Below are positions 27,804 to 35,706 of a stretch of 47,814 nucleotides of DNA, one piece after another (the stretch's first letter is position 1; every line of letters starts with the position of its first letter). Source of the stretch: Chloroflexota bacterium (lineage in GTDB: Bacteria; Chloroflexota; JAJPGV01); contig DATKQD010000013.1 of assembly GCA_035532895.1 (NCBI GenBank), positions 1-47,814 of the forward strand, read 5' to 3'. A program made the position numbers and the translations under genes. The notes beneath the pieces are model-generated. The model saw only the letters and a program-made list of their open reading frames with translations, had not been told where the DNA came from and searched no databases.

Positions 27804-28985
27804 CTACTGGACCGAGGCGGCCAGGCTGAGCAGCTGCGTATCGCTGGTGCTGGCGCCCGCGGCGGCGTACACAATGCCGTTGCGTACCCAGACCACCATG
27901 TGCATGCCCATGTTGGTGCCAACGATAGCTGGCGAACCCCCTACCGTCACCTTGCGCAGGCTGGCGCCTGGCGCCACGGGGATGGGCAGCGTGTGCTGCC
28001 AGTCACCGATCGAGCGCAGCTGCGCCACCGTGCTGGCCGGCAAGCCAGGCATGGAGAGAAGGAAATTGCGCAAATCGCTCGCGGATACTCCGCTGGCATC
28101 GACCGATGGGCTTTTTGTTTCCACCACGGCCAGCCCGCCGTTCAGCAGGGCCTGCTCGGTGTTAGAGATCCTGCTCGCGGCTGCTGGCGCCACGGCCGCG
28201 CGCACTGCCTGGCTGGAGATGGCGCCAGCGGACGCGCGATGCTGGAAGGGCAAGCCAGATTGGGCGGTCGAGGCATCGGGGATGGCCGGCAGCTTTGTGC
28301 CGGCAGGCAGGTAGGCCATCAGCACGGCCGGTTCGATGTGCAGCTGCAGCGTGGCGCCGTCGAATTTGCCGGGCAGCGCGAAGTTCGACTGGCCGATGGA
28401 GGCCAAATACGCCTTGGCCTTGGCGGCGCGGAAGGTGAACCCGGCCGTTTGTCCCTGGGTAACCACAATCGCGCTGGGTTGCGGCCCCAGGCCGCTCGGC
28501 AGCGCGCTGGGCGCCGCCACAGTGAAGCCAACCGCCTGCGAAGCGGCGGCCGCGGTGGCTACGTGGGTGTAGGCAGGCACGCTCGTGCTCTGGCCGGTCA
28601 TATCGCCCAGCTGCGACAGGTTGGGGATGCCCTGGCCGCTCAGGTCAACCGTCACCGGCGTCAGGTCCTGCACGCGGAAGATGGTGAGGAACTGCGCAGC
28701 CAGGCCCCGCACGGGGCTCGCGAACAGGCTCAGGGCGAGCACCAGCGCCGCTGCCAGCGGAATGCCCAGCATTGGGCGGCGCAGGTGCGACAGGGAATCG
28801 GCGAACGCGTTCATGGACGACCTCCTGGGAGTAATGAATTCGGCTGCCGGCGCGCTGCCGGCGGCCCTGGCGCTGCTCCGCTGCATGGCCCGCTGGCGTT
28901 CCAGGGCGGGGCCAACGTCGGGCGTATGGCTCGGGCCCAAGAGGCTCAGCGCCTCACGGACGATGTCGGTATCACTGGTGGTCAC
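27804..28985 (-). CDS. Putative anti-sigma factor: single TM with an extracytoplasmic DUF4367-like domain
   Basis: The GTG start overlaps the sigma stop (GTGA). TM segment: MLGIPLAAALVLALSLFA. C-terminal ...VVWVRNGIVYAAAGASTSDTQLLSLAASV is typical of DUF4367. Confidence 0.65.
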   Translation of the reverse strand: MTTSDTDIVREALSLLGPSHTPDVGPALERQRAMQRSSARAAGSAPAAEFITPRRSSMNAFADSLSHLRRPMLGIPLAAALVLALSLFASPVRGLAAQFLTIFRVQDLTPVTVDLSGQGIPNLSQLGDMTGQSTSVPAYTHVATAAAASQAVGFTVAAPSALPSGLGPQPSAIVVTQGQTAGFTFRAAKAKAYLASIGQSNFALPGKFDGATLQLHIEPAVLMAYLPAGTKLPAIPDASTAQSGLPFQHRASAGAISSQAVRAAVAPAAASRISNTEQALLNGGLAVVETKSPSVDASGVSASDLRNFLLSMPGLPASTVAQLRSIGDWQHTLPIPVAPGASLRKVTVGGSPAIVGTNMGMHMVVWVRNGIVYAAAGASTSDTQLLSLAASVQ

Positions 28986-29572
28986 GATGCATCTCCCTCC
29001 CTTACCGGCTTGGACGAGGCCCGTTGCGAGGCCTCGTAGTGTTCCCGAAAGCGCGCTTCAGCGCGGGCGAGCAGCTTCCCCACCGAGGCGGGGTTGAGCT
29101 CCAGCGCTTGTGCCACCGCCGCGTAGCTCAAGCCGCTGTGCCGCAGCAGGAGCAGCGTGCTCTCCCGGGGGCGCAGGGTCCTCAGCACACCCCGCACTTC
29201 CTCCCGCTGCTCTCGCCGCTCAGCCCCTTCGGCAGGGTCTTGGAGCATCTCGCGCACGAGCCGCAGTGGCCGGTCGTGGTCCACGGCGCGGGTTTCGCGA
29301 TATCGCCGGCGGCGCGAGCTGCGCAGCTCATTCAGCGCCATATGCCCCGCGGCTTTCCACAGCCAGCCCGCGGCGGTGGGGCTTTCCCACAAGGGGGGCT
29401 GCTGGCGAGAAACCCGCAGAAACAGCTCCTGCGCCAGATCCTCAGCGTCTTCCGCGCTGCCGGTCACCCGGTACAGCAGCGCGTACACGCGGCCGAAGTG
29501 CTGGCGAAAGAAGCTCTCGAAACTCTCCGCGGCAGGTTCCGTTGGGGCCACGGCGCCCTCCATCACAATCAT
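28982..29572 (-). CDS. ECF-type RNA polymerase sigma-70 family factor
   Basis: Region 2: EDAEDLAQELFLRV...AGWLWKAAGHMALNELR. Region 4: LSYAAVAQALELNPASVGKLLARA. ATG at 29572 sits 5 nt after GGGAGG. Confidence 0.85.
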   Translation of the reverse strand: MIVMEGAVAPTEPAAESFESFFRQHFGRVYALLYRVTGSAEDAEDLAQELFLRVSRQQPPLWESPTAAGWLWKAAGHMALNELRSSRRRRYRETRAVDHDRPLRLVREMLQDPAEGAERREQREEVRGVLRTLRPRESTLLLLRHSGLSYAAVAQALELNPASVGKLLARAEARFREHYEASQRASSKPVREGDAS

Positions 29573-29640
29573 CCACGCCTCCCAGCGTTGCTTTCGAGAG
29601 TAGTGCACCACCAGCCGTCCGATCTGTGACAGCAATGTTT

Positions 29641-29678
29641 GCGAATTCTGTATACTGCAGCGAATTCTGTATGCAGAA
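29641..29678. repeat. Tandem 19-bp direct repeat spanning the start codon of the IclR-PPOX gene
   Basis: GCGAATTCTGTATACTGCA (29641-29659) and GCGAATTCTGTATGCAGAA (29660-29678). The first 13 nt are identical. Confidence 0.7.
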
Positions 29679-30927
29679 CTACACCCAGCGTGTGCCGGCG
29701 GTGGAGAAGGCGGTCGCCGTCCTGAATTACCTCCGGAACACACGCCCCAGCCCGACACTCACGGAACTCAGCCAGGCGCTGGGCCTGAATCGCAGTACGG
29801 CGCTGGCTATCCTCAATACCTTGCGTGCCGCCGGCTGGGTGGCGCGTGGCGCGGGCGATGGCTACCACCTGGGCGCCAGTCTGCGCGCCTACGGTACAGC
29901 CGCCGCGGCCGCTGTATCCTGGGCCGCGGCGTGCGAAGAGCCTTGCCGGCGCCTGGTAGAGGAGTTGGGAGAAACGGTGGCGCTGGCGCAGTTGGTGGGC
30001 GACCAGGTAGCCGTCGTGGACTACCGGCCGGGTCAGTACGCGGTGGTGGCACGCCCGGAACTTGGGGCACCCAACCCGGCGCTGAGGTCGGCCGCTGGCC
30101 GGGTGTTGCTGGCTGCCCTGACTGACGTGGAGCTGGATGCCTGGCTGGCCCGCCATGGCGGGCCGCTGGAGGACTCCGCCGCCGACAGCCGGGCGTTGGA
30201 TTGGTTGATAGCGTTGCGCTCGCGTGGCTATGCCGTAGCGCGTGGCGAGGGCGAGCCCGGGCTGGTGAGCATCGCCGCGGCCGTGCGCGGGCCCACCGGC
30301 CAGCCGCTGGGCGCGCTCTGCCTCATGGGGCCGGAGTACCGGCTGACTGATGATGGCAGCCCGAGGTATGGCGCCGCTGTGCTGGAAGCAGCGGAGAACG
30401 CGTCTATCGCCCTGGGCTGGACCGATCATTCGCGGCCGCTGGCGGAGCAGGCCCGTGGCAGTACCTGGCGCGGCAGCCACCACGCCGGATTGCAGGGCGA
30501 GGAACTGGAGGCGTACCTGGCGCAGCCGTGGGTAGCCAGCCTGGCCTGCTTGAACGAAGATGGTTACCCCTACACCGTGCCGGTATGGTACGAGTGGCGC
30601 GCCGGCAACGTGTGGCTGGTCCCGCGCCCGCGCGCGCGCTGGGTGGCCTACCTGAGGCAGCACCCGCGCGTGTCCATGACTATAAGCGAGCCGACGCCCC
30701 CCTTTCGGCGAGTCCTGGTGGAGGGCGAGGCCGAGGTCCTGCAGGCATCGTCTCAGGCGGCCGCGGCCATGGAGGGTCGGCTGGCACGCCGCTACCTGGG
30801 TCCGGACGCCGGCGGCTACCTGGCCAGCTTCAATGGCCGGCGGGAACTCACGATTCGGATCGTTCCCGCCAAGGTCACCACCTGGGAGGGCCTGGTGGCC
30901 CACCCGCGCTATCGCGGCGCGGCATGA
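29671..30927 (+). CDS. IclR-family transcriptional regulator fused to a C-terminal PPOX-class (pyridoxamine 5'-phosphate oxidase-like, FMN/F420 split-barrel) domain
   Basis: N-terminus: VEKAVAVLNYLRNTRPSPTLTELSQALGLNRSTALAILNTLRAAGWV. An IclR effector-domain-like middle follows. C-terminus: LACLNEDGYPYTVPVWYEWRAGNVWLV...VSMTISEP...RVLVEGEAEV. ATG at 29671 is in frame. Confidence 0.75.
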   Translation: MQNYTQRVPAVEKAVAVLNYLRNTRPSPTLTELSQALGLNRSTALAILNTLRAAGWVARGAGDGYHLGASLRAYGTAAAAAVSWAAACEEPCRRLVEELGETVALAQLVGDQVAVVDYRPGQYAVVARPELGAPNPALRSAAGRVLLAALTDVELDAWLARHGGPLEDSAADSRALDWLIALRSRGYAVARGEGEPGLVSIAAAVRGPTGQPLGALCLMGPEYRLTDDGSPRYGAAVLEAAENASIALGWTDHSRPLAEQARGSTWRGSHHAGLQGEELEAYLAQPWVASLACLNEDGYPYTVPVWYEWRAGNVWLVPRPRARWVAYLRQHPRVSMTISEPTPPFRRVLVEGEAEVLQASSQAAAAMEGRLARRYLGPDAGGYLASFNGRRELTIRIVPAKVTTWEGLVAHPRYRGAA

Positions 30928-31739
30928 GATCCCTGCCGCTGGCCCAGGCAGCCTCATCCGAGGCAGCGCTGGGCGTGCCTGAGCAAGCGGACATCATTCT
31001 ACGAGGGGTGGGCAAGCGCTTCCAGGGCTCCGGCCTGGAGATCGAAGCGCTGCGGCAGATCGATCTGGATATCGCCCCGCGCGAGTTCGTGTGCGTGCTG
31101 GGCCCTAGCGGCTGCGGCAAATCCACCCTGCTGCGGGTCATGGGTGGCCTGGAGCCGCCAACCTCTGGTGAGGTGCGTATTCAGGGCCGGCCCCCGGAAG
31201 AGGCGCAGCGGACCAAGCAGATCGGGTTTGTGTTTCAGGCGCCCGCGCTGTTGCCCTGGCGGACGGTGCTGGCCAATGTCGAGCTGCCGCTGGAGGTGAA
31301 CCGCCGCCACAACCGAGCACGCCCGTACGGCTCCGTGGAACTGCTGGATCTGGTTGGGTTGACCGACTTTGCCGGCGCGTATCCGCATCAGCTTTCGGGC
31401 GGCATGCAGCAGCGCGTGGCTATCGCCCGGGCATTGGCTTTCTACCCCAGCATCCTGCTGATGGACGAGCCATTTGGCGCCCTGGACCAGATCACCCGCG
31501 ATGCGCTGCGTTACGAGCTCCTGCGCATCTGGACACGTACCCGCAAGACCGTAGTGTTCGTGACGCACAGCATCAGCGAAGCCATTGTGCTCTCGGATCG
31601 CGTGCTGGTGATGGCCGGAGATCCGGGCCGAATTCGCGCCGTGCTGCCGATCGATCTGCCCCGACCACGCGGCGAGGAGGTGGAGCAGAGCAACGACTTT
31701 CTGGCCTACGCCGCCCGCCTGAAGGAGCTGCTCAGGTGA
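30924..31739 (+). CDS. ABC transporter ATP-binding protein (NitT/TauT family)
   Basis: Walker A GPSGCGKST; signature LSGGMQQRVAIARAL; Walker B LLMDEPFGALD. The ATG overlaps the upstream stop (ATGA). Confidence 0.9.
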   Translation: MRSLPLAQAASSEAALGVPEQADIILRGVGKRFQGSGLEIEALRQIDLDIAPREFVCVLGPSGCGKSTLLRVMGGLEPPTSGEVRIQGRPPEEAQRTKQIGFVFQAPALLPWRTVLANVELPLEVNRRHNRARPYGSVELLDLVGLTDFAGAYPHQLSGGMQQRVAIARALAFYPSILLMDEPFGALDQITRDALRYELLRIWTRTRKTVVFVTHSISEAIVLSDRVLVMAGDPGRIRAVLPIDLPRPRGEEVEQSNDFLAYAARLKELLR

Positions 31740-32569
31740 GGCTGGATGTGGCCGCGCAGAGCGCAGCCCGCCTCAGTGGCCGGCCGAAGGTACCCGCCAT
31801 CTCCTGGGGCGACGCTCGACGCGCCGTGCTGCCCCCGCTGGTCGTGCTGGCCGTAAGCCTGCTGGCCTGGGAGGCGTTCGTGCGAGCCACTGCCACGCCG
31901 CCGTATATTCTGCCTGCGCCCAGCGCGGTGTTGAGCGACGCCGTGGCACACGCCGGACTATATGCCGGCCAGGGACTGATCACGCTGGGCGAGGCTGTGG
32001 GTGGCTTCCTCATTGGCGCCGGCGGCGCGGTGGCCGCGGCCATTTTCATGGCCTACTCGCGGCCGCTGGAGCAGGGACTACTTCCGCTGGCGGTCGTGGT
32101 GAAGGCCACGCCCATAGTGGCTGTGGCGCCACTGCTGGTGATCTGGTTCGGCTTCGGTTACGCGCCCAAGGTGCTGATCTCCGCGCTGCTGGTGTTCTTC
32201 CCCGTGCTGGTGAACGCGATCGCCGGGTTTCGGGACGTGAGCCTGGCCCAGCTGGAGCTGATGCGCTCCCTCCACGCCTCGGCCTGGGAGGTGTTCCTGA
32301 AGCTGCGCCTGCGCTCGTCGCTGCCCTACCTCTTCTCCGCCTGCAAGGTCGCCGTGAACCTGAGCGTCATCGGTGCTGTCGTGGGCGAATGGTCAGGCGC
32401 GGACAGTGGCCTGGGCCGGCTGATCCTGCAGGCCAGCCTGAGTTTTCACACGCTGGAGCTGTTCGCCGGCATCGGCTACCTGGCGCTCATGGGCATCCTG
32501 CTCACCGTGTTGGTGGGCGTCGTCGAGCGCCGCATGCTCTTTTGGCACCCCTCTACCCTGATCGGCTGA
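31736..32569 (+). CDS. ABC transporter permease (NitT/TauT family)
   Basis: About 6 TM segments. The GTG start overlaps the ATPase stop (GTGA). Confidence 0.8.
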   Translation: MRLDVAAQSAARLSGRPKVPAISWGDARRAVLPPLVVLAVSLLAWEAFVRATATPPYILPAPSAVLSDAVAHAGLYAGQGLITLGEAVGGFLIGAGGAVAAAIFMAYSRPLEQGLLPLAVVVKATPIVAVAPLLVIWFGFGYAPKVLISALLVFFPVLVNAIAGFRDVSLAQLELMRSLHASAWEVFLKLRLRSSLPYLFSACKVAVNLSVIGAVVGEWSGADSGLGRLILQASLSFHTLELFAGIGYLALMGILLTVLVGVVERRMLFWHPSTLIG

Positions 32570-32608
32570 AAGGGCCGTTTCCAACCTGCACATCGTGAAG
32601 GAGAACTG

Positions 32609-33685
32609 GTGATGCGATTCCTCTCCCGCGCCGCCGTATCTGTCGCGGCCCTGGGCCTGCTTTTGTCGGCCTGCGGCGGCGCAGCGCCGCCCGCACCGGC
32701 ATCCAGCAGCGGTGCGCCGGGCACGACTGCCGCTCCCGCCAGCGCCGCGGCTCCGGACAACGTGACCTTCATTGCTGGCTACAAGCCCCAGGCGGACGTG
32801 TCGTTCGTGGGGCCGTACGTGGCGCAGGCCAAGGGCTTCTACCGGCAAGAGCACCTGAACGTGACCATCAAGCACGTGGTGCAGACGGGCGAAAACTACA
32901 AGCTGGTCGAGGCCAAGCAGGCCGACGTGACCACCGCGCCCGGGGCCGACATCATCACCGGCATCGCCAACGAAGGCGTGCCGCTCATCGCCATCGCCAT
33001 GCTCACCCAGCGGGGCGATGGCGGCTTTGTGACCCTGGCTTCGTCGGGTATCACCTCGCCCAAGCAGTGGGAGGGCAAAACCGTCGGCTACAAAGGCTTT
33101 CCTGGGCCGGTTTACCTGGGGCTGCTGAAGAAGTTCAATGTGGATCGCTCAAAAATCCACGAGGTGTCAGTTGGTTACGACCCCATGATCTTGGCCCAGA
33201 AGAAGGTGGACGTGTTGCCGGTGTTCCTCTCCAATGAGCCGGACATCCTGGAGAAGGCGGGCTATAAGGTGAATGTGCTGGACCCGGCTAACTACGGCAT
33301 CACCTTCCTGGGGCAGACCTGGGTGGTGAACGCGGCCGAACTGAAGACGCGCCCCGACGTGCTGCGGCGCTGGTTGAAGGCCAGCCTTGAGGGCTTGTAC
33401 TACGCCTTTGCCCACCCGAAGGAGGCCATCGACATTGTGATGCAATACGCCCCGCAAGAGGACCGGGCACACCAAACGTTCATGCTTGGTGTGGAGCAGA
33501 AGAACTCCATTACCGACCTCACCAAGCAGCGGGGCCTGGGCTGGATGACTGCCGCGCAATGGTCGGCCACCCAAACGCTGATGGTCCAGACGGATCAGGT
33601 CAAGCAGCCCTTGGATGTGAGCCGCTACTTCACGACGTCCCTCTTGAGCCAGATCTACAAGGGCGGACAGCTCATCTGGCCGTAA
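32609..33685 (+). CDS. ABC transporter substrate-binding lipoprotein, NMT1/THI5-like
   Basis: Lipobox LLLSAC followed by a Gly/Ala/Pro/Ser linker. The periplasmic-binding fold is of the NitT/TauT/ThiY type, judged from gene context and overall pattern. Confidence 0.75.
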   Translation: MMRFLSRAAVSVAALGLLLSACGGAAPPAPASSSGAPGTTAAPASAAAPDNVTFIAGYKPQADVSFVGPYVAQAKGFYRQEHLNVTIKHVVQTGENYKLVEAKQADVTTAPGADIITGIANEGVPLIAIAMLTQRGDGGFVTLASSGITSPKQWEGKTVGYKGFPGPVYLGLLKKFNVDRSKIHEVSVGYDPMILAQKKVDVLPVFLSNEPDILEKAGYKVNVLDPANYGITFLGQTWVVNAAELKTRPDVLRRWLKASLEGLYYAFAHPKEAIDIVMQYAPQEDRAHQTFMLGVEQKNSITDLTKQRGLGWMTAAQWSATQTLMVQTDQVKQPLDVSRYFTTSLLSQIYKGGQLIWP

Positions 33686-33805
33686 GGGCAGGGCTGCGTT
33701 TCGGCGGCTGCTGTTGTGCTGTGCCGGCGACACGTGGCCGATCGCTGCGGGCCTTGGCCTCACCTCCGCCTCCCCGCTCATGAGAGGAGCCGGCGGGGGG
33801 CCCGA

Positions 33806-34879
33806 TCAGCCGATGTAGCCCTGCTTGGCCAGCAGCTCGGCGATGAGCACCGCGCCTTTAGCGGCGCCCATCTTCGTGTTGTGGGACACGAGCACCCACT
33901 TGAGGCCGTTCTCCAGTGCCGTGTCGGGCCGAATGCGGCCCACGGTCGTGGTCATACCGCCGTCGGTATCGCGGTCCAGGCGAGGCTGCGGCCGAAAGGG
34001 ATTATCCAGCACTGTGATGAGCTGGCTGGGCGAAGATGGCAGGTTGAGATCCTCAAGGCCGGACCGGTAGTCGCGAAACGCGGCCGCGACCTCAGAAACG
34101 CTGGCTGGCCGTTGTGTGGAAACGAACACGGCTTCGGTGTGGCCCTCCTGCACGTTCACGCGGGTGCAGGTGCAGCTCACCCGAACGCTCGCCGGCTGCA
34201 AACCAGTGGGGGTGAGCTCCCCCAGGATCTTCCGCGTTTCCTCCTCCACCTTCTCCTCCTCTTTAGGGATGAAGGGGATGACGTTGTCCAGAATGTCCAG
34301 CCCCAATACCCCGCCGTTGCGGCCGGCACCGGAGAGGGACTGCAGCGACGTCATGATCACCTGGTTCAGTCCCCAGCGGTCGCACACCGGCTTGAGCGTG
34401 GTGCCCAGGCCGATCGTGCTGCAATTCGGCTGTGGCGCGATGAAGCCCTTCCAGCCGCGACCCTGACGCTGGCGGTCGATCAGGGCGGAGTGGCTGGCGT
34501 TGATGGTGGAGATCAGCAGCGGCACATCCGGCTCCATGCGAAAGGCCGAGGCGGTTGAGACTACCGGCACGTGCTGGGCCAGCCGCGGTTCAAGCTCCCG
34601 CGCCACGCTCGAATCCACAGCCGAGAACACCACATCCACCTGCGTAGGATCGATGGCTGCTGTGTCGCGGACCTCCATGGCCAGCAGGTCGGCCGGAGGT
34701 GGGTCGGCCGAATACCAGTGCAAGGCGCCGCCATACGTCAACGCGTCCTGGTAGCTTTTGCCAGCCGATCGGGGAGATGCGGCGAGTTGCGTCAATTGGA
34801 ACCAGGGGTGGCCGTGCAACGCGGCCACGAACTGCTGCCCCACAATGCCTGTGGCGCCCGCCAAACCCACTCGCAGCAT
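33806..34879 (-). CDS. asd: Aspartate-semialdehyde dehydrogenase
   Basis: NAD(P) fold VGLAGATGIVGQ; active-site NCSTIG; SLQSLSGAG. Confidence 0.9.
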   Translation of the reverse strand: MLRVGLAGATGIVGQQFVAALHGHPWFQLTQLAASPRSAGKSYQDALTYGGALHWYSADPPPADLLAMEVRDTAAIDPTQVDVVFSAVDSSVARELEPRLAQHVPVVSTASAFRMEPDVPLLISTINASHSALIDRQRQGRGWKGFIAPQPNCSTIGLGTTLKPVCDRWGLNQVIMTSLQSLSGAGRNGGVLGLDILDNVIPFIPKEEEKVEEETRKILGELTPTGLQPASVRVSCTCTRVNVQEGHTEAVFVSTQRPASVSEVAAAFRDYRSGLEDLNLPSSPSQLITVLDNPFRPQPRLDRDTDGGMTTTVGRIRPDTALENGLKWVLVSHNTKMGAAKGAVLIAELLAKQGYIG

Positions 34880-34884
34880 AGACC

Positions 34885-34904
34885 CTACATTGTAGCCTGT
34901 AGCC
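34885..34904. promoter_or_regulatory. Candidate operator: CTACA-T-TGTAG inverted repeat followed by tandem TGTAGCC TGTAGCC
   Basis: Read directly from the 77-bp divergent asd / DtxR-family region. Confidence 0.3.
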
Positions 34905-34956
34905 GATGCGCCGGTTGGTAGCTCTTTTTACGTGATATAGTGATGGCCCGCGCATC

Positions 34957-35628
34957 ATGCCTACTGCCGTCATCGAGGACTACCTCGAGCAGATCTACCT
35001 CATGGAGCTGAATGGGGCGCGCGTCATCGGGGCGCGGCTGGCGGAGCGGATGCATACGGCGGTGCCCACCACCACTGAGACGCTGAAGCGCATGGTGCGC
35101 AATGGCCTGGTATGGCAGAACGAGCATAAAGAGGTGCAGCTCACGGCTGATGGGCGGACGGCCGCGGAAAGTGCCATACGCCGGCACGCCCTCAGCGAAC
35201 GGCTGCTCACGGACATTCTTGGCCTCAGCTGGGTGGAGGCGCACGCCGAAGCGCATAAGTTCGAGCACATCATCTCGCCCAAAGTCGAGGCGCGGCTCAT
35301 GACGCTGCTGGGCAACCCCAACACCTGCCCGCATGGCAACCCCATTCCCACCGGCTCCGGCGATCCGCCGCTGCGCGGCCTCTCCCTGGCCGAACAGCCG
35401 CCGGGCGATTACCAGGTGCTGCGTATCTCCGAGGATGCCGAGAACGACGTCGCCCTGATGGCTTACATCGAGGAGCAGCAGCTCAAGCCCGGCGCCGATT
35501 TCCGCGTCATCAGCCGCGAGCCCTTCGCCGGACCTGTGGTCGTGGAAGTTCAAGGCGAACGCCACGCCCTTGGCGCAGCCGTCGCCGAAGCCATCTTCGT
35601 CCGCCGAGCCTCGCCTTACACCATGTAG
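34957..35628 (+). CDS. DtxR/MntR-family metal-dependent transcriptional regulator with a FeoA/SH3-like C-domain
   Basis: Starts IEDYLEQIYLMELNG. Metal-site region: RHALSERLL...AHAEAHKFEHIISP...CPHGNPIP. Confidence 0.85.
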   Translation: MPTAVIEDYLEQIYLMELNGARVIGARLAERMHTAVPTTTETLKRMVRNGLVWQNEHKEVQLTADGRTAAESAIRRHALSERLLTDILGLSWVEAHAEAHKFEHIISPKVEARLMTLLGNPNTCPHGNPIPTGSGDPPLRGLSLAEQPPGDYQVLRISEDAENDVALMAYIEEQQLKPGADFRVISREPFAGPVVVEVQGERHALGAAVAEAIFVRRASPYTM

Positions 35629-35706
35629 CAGGTGAGTCCAGTGCGAATCGTCACGGCAATTCCTGATGATTTGACCTGAGACGAGGGACCGGCCTTTAAT
35701 ATCCTG

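Noticed and set aside
29110-29670. Long 5' extensions of ORF-track entries. Examples: 29110 for the IclR gene, 30528 for the ABC ATPase, 21285 for yggX, 43792 for PAC2, 45918 for parA, 44924 for ftsZ, 5494 for GNAT, 1353 for the transposase, 9427 for MerR.
   Set aside because: The extensions overlap neighbouring genes or run antisense to them, and they are low-complexity Arg/Pro-rich. Internal starts with Shine-Dalgarno-like sequences give N-termini that match the protein families.
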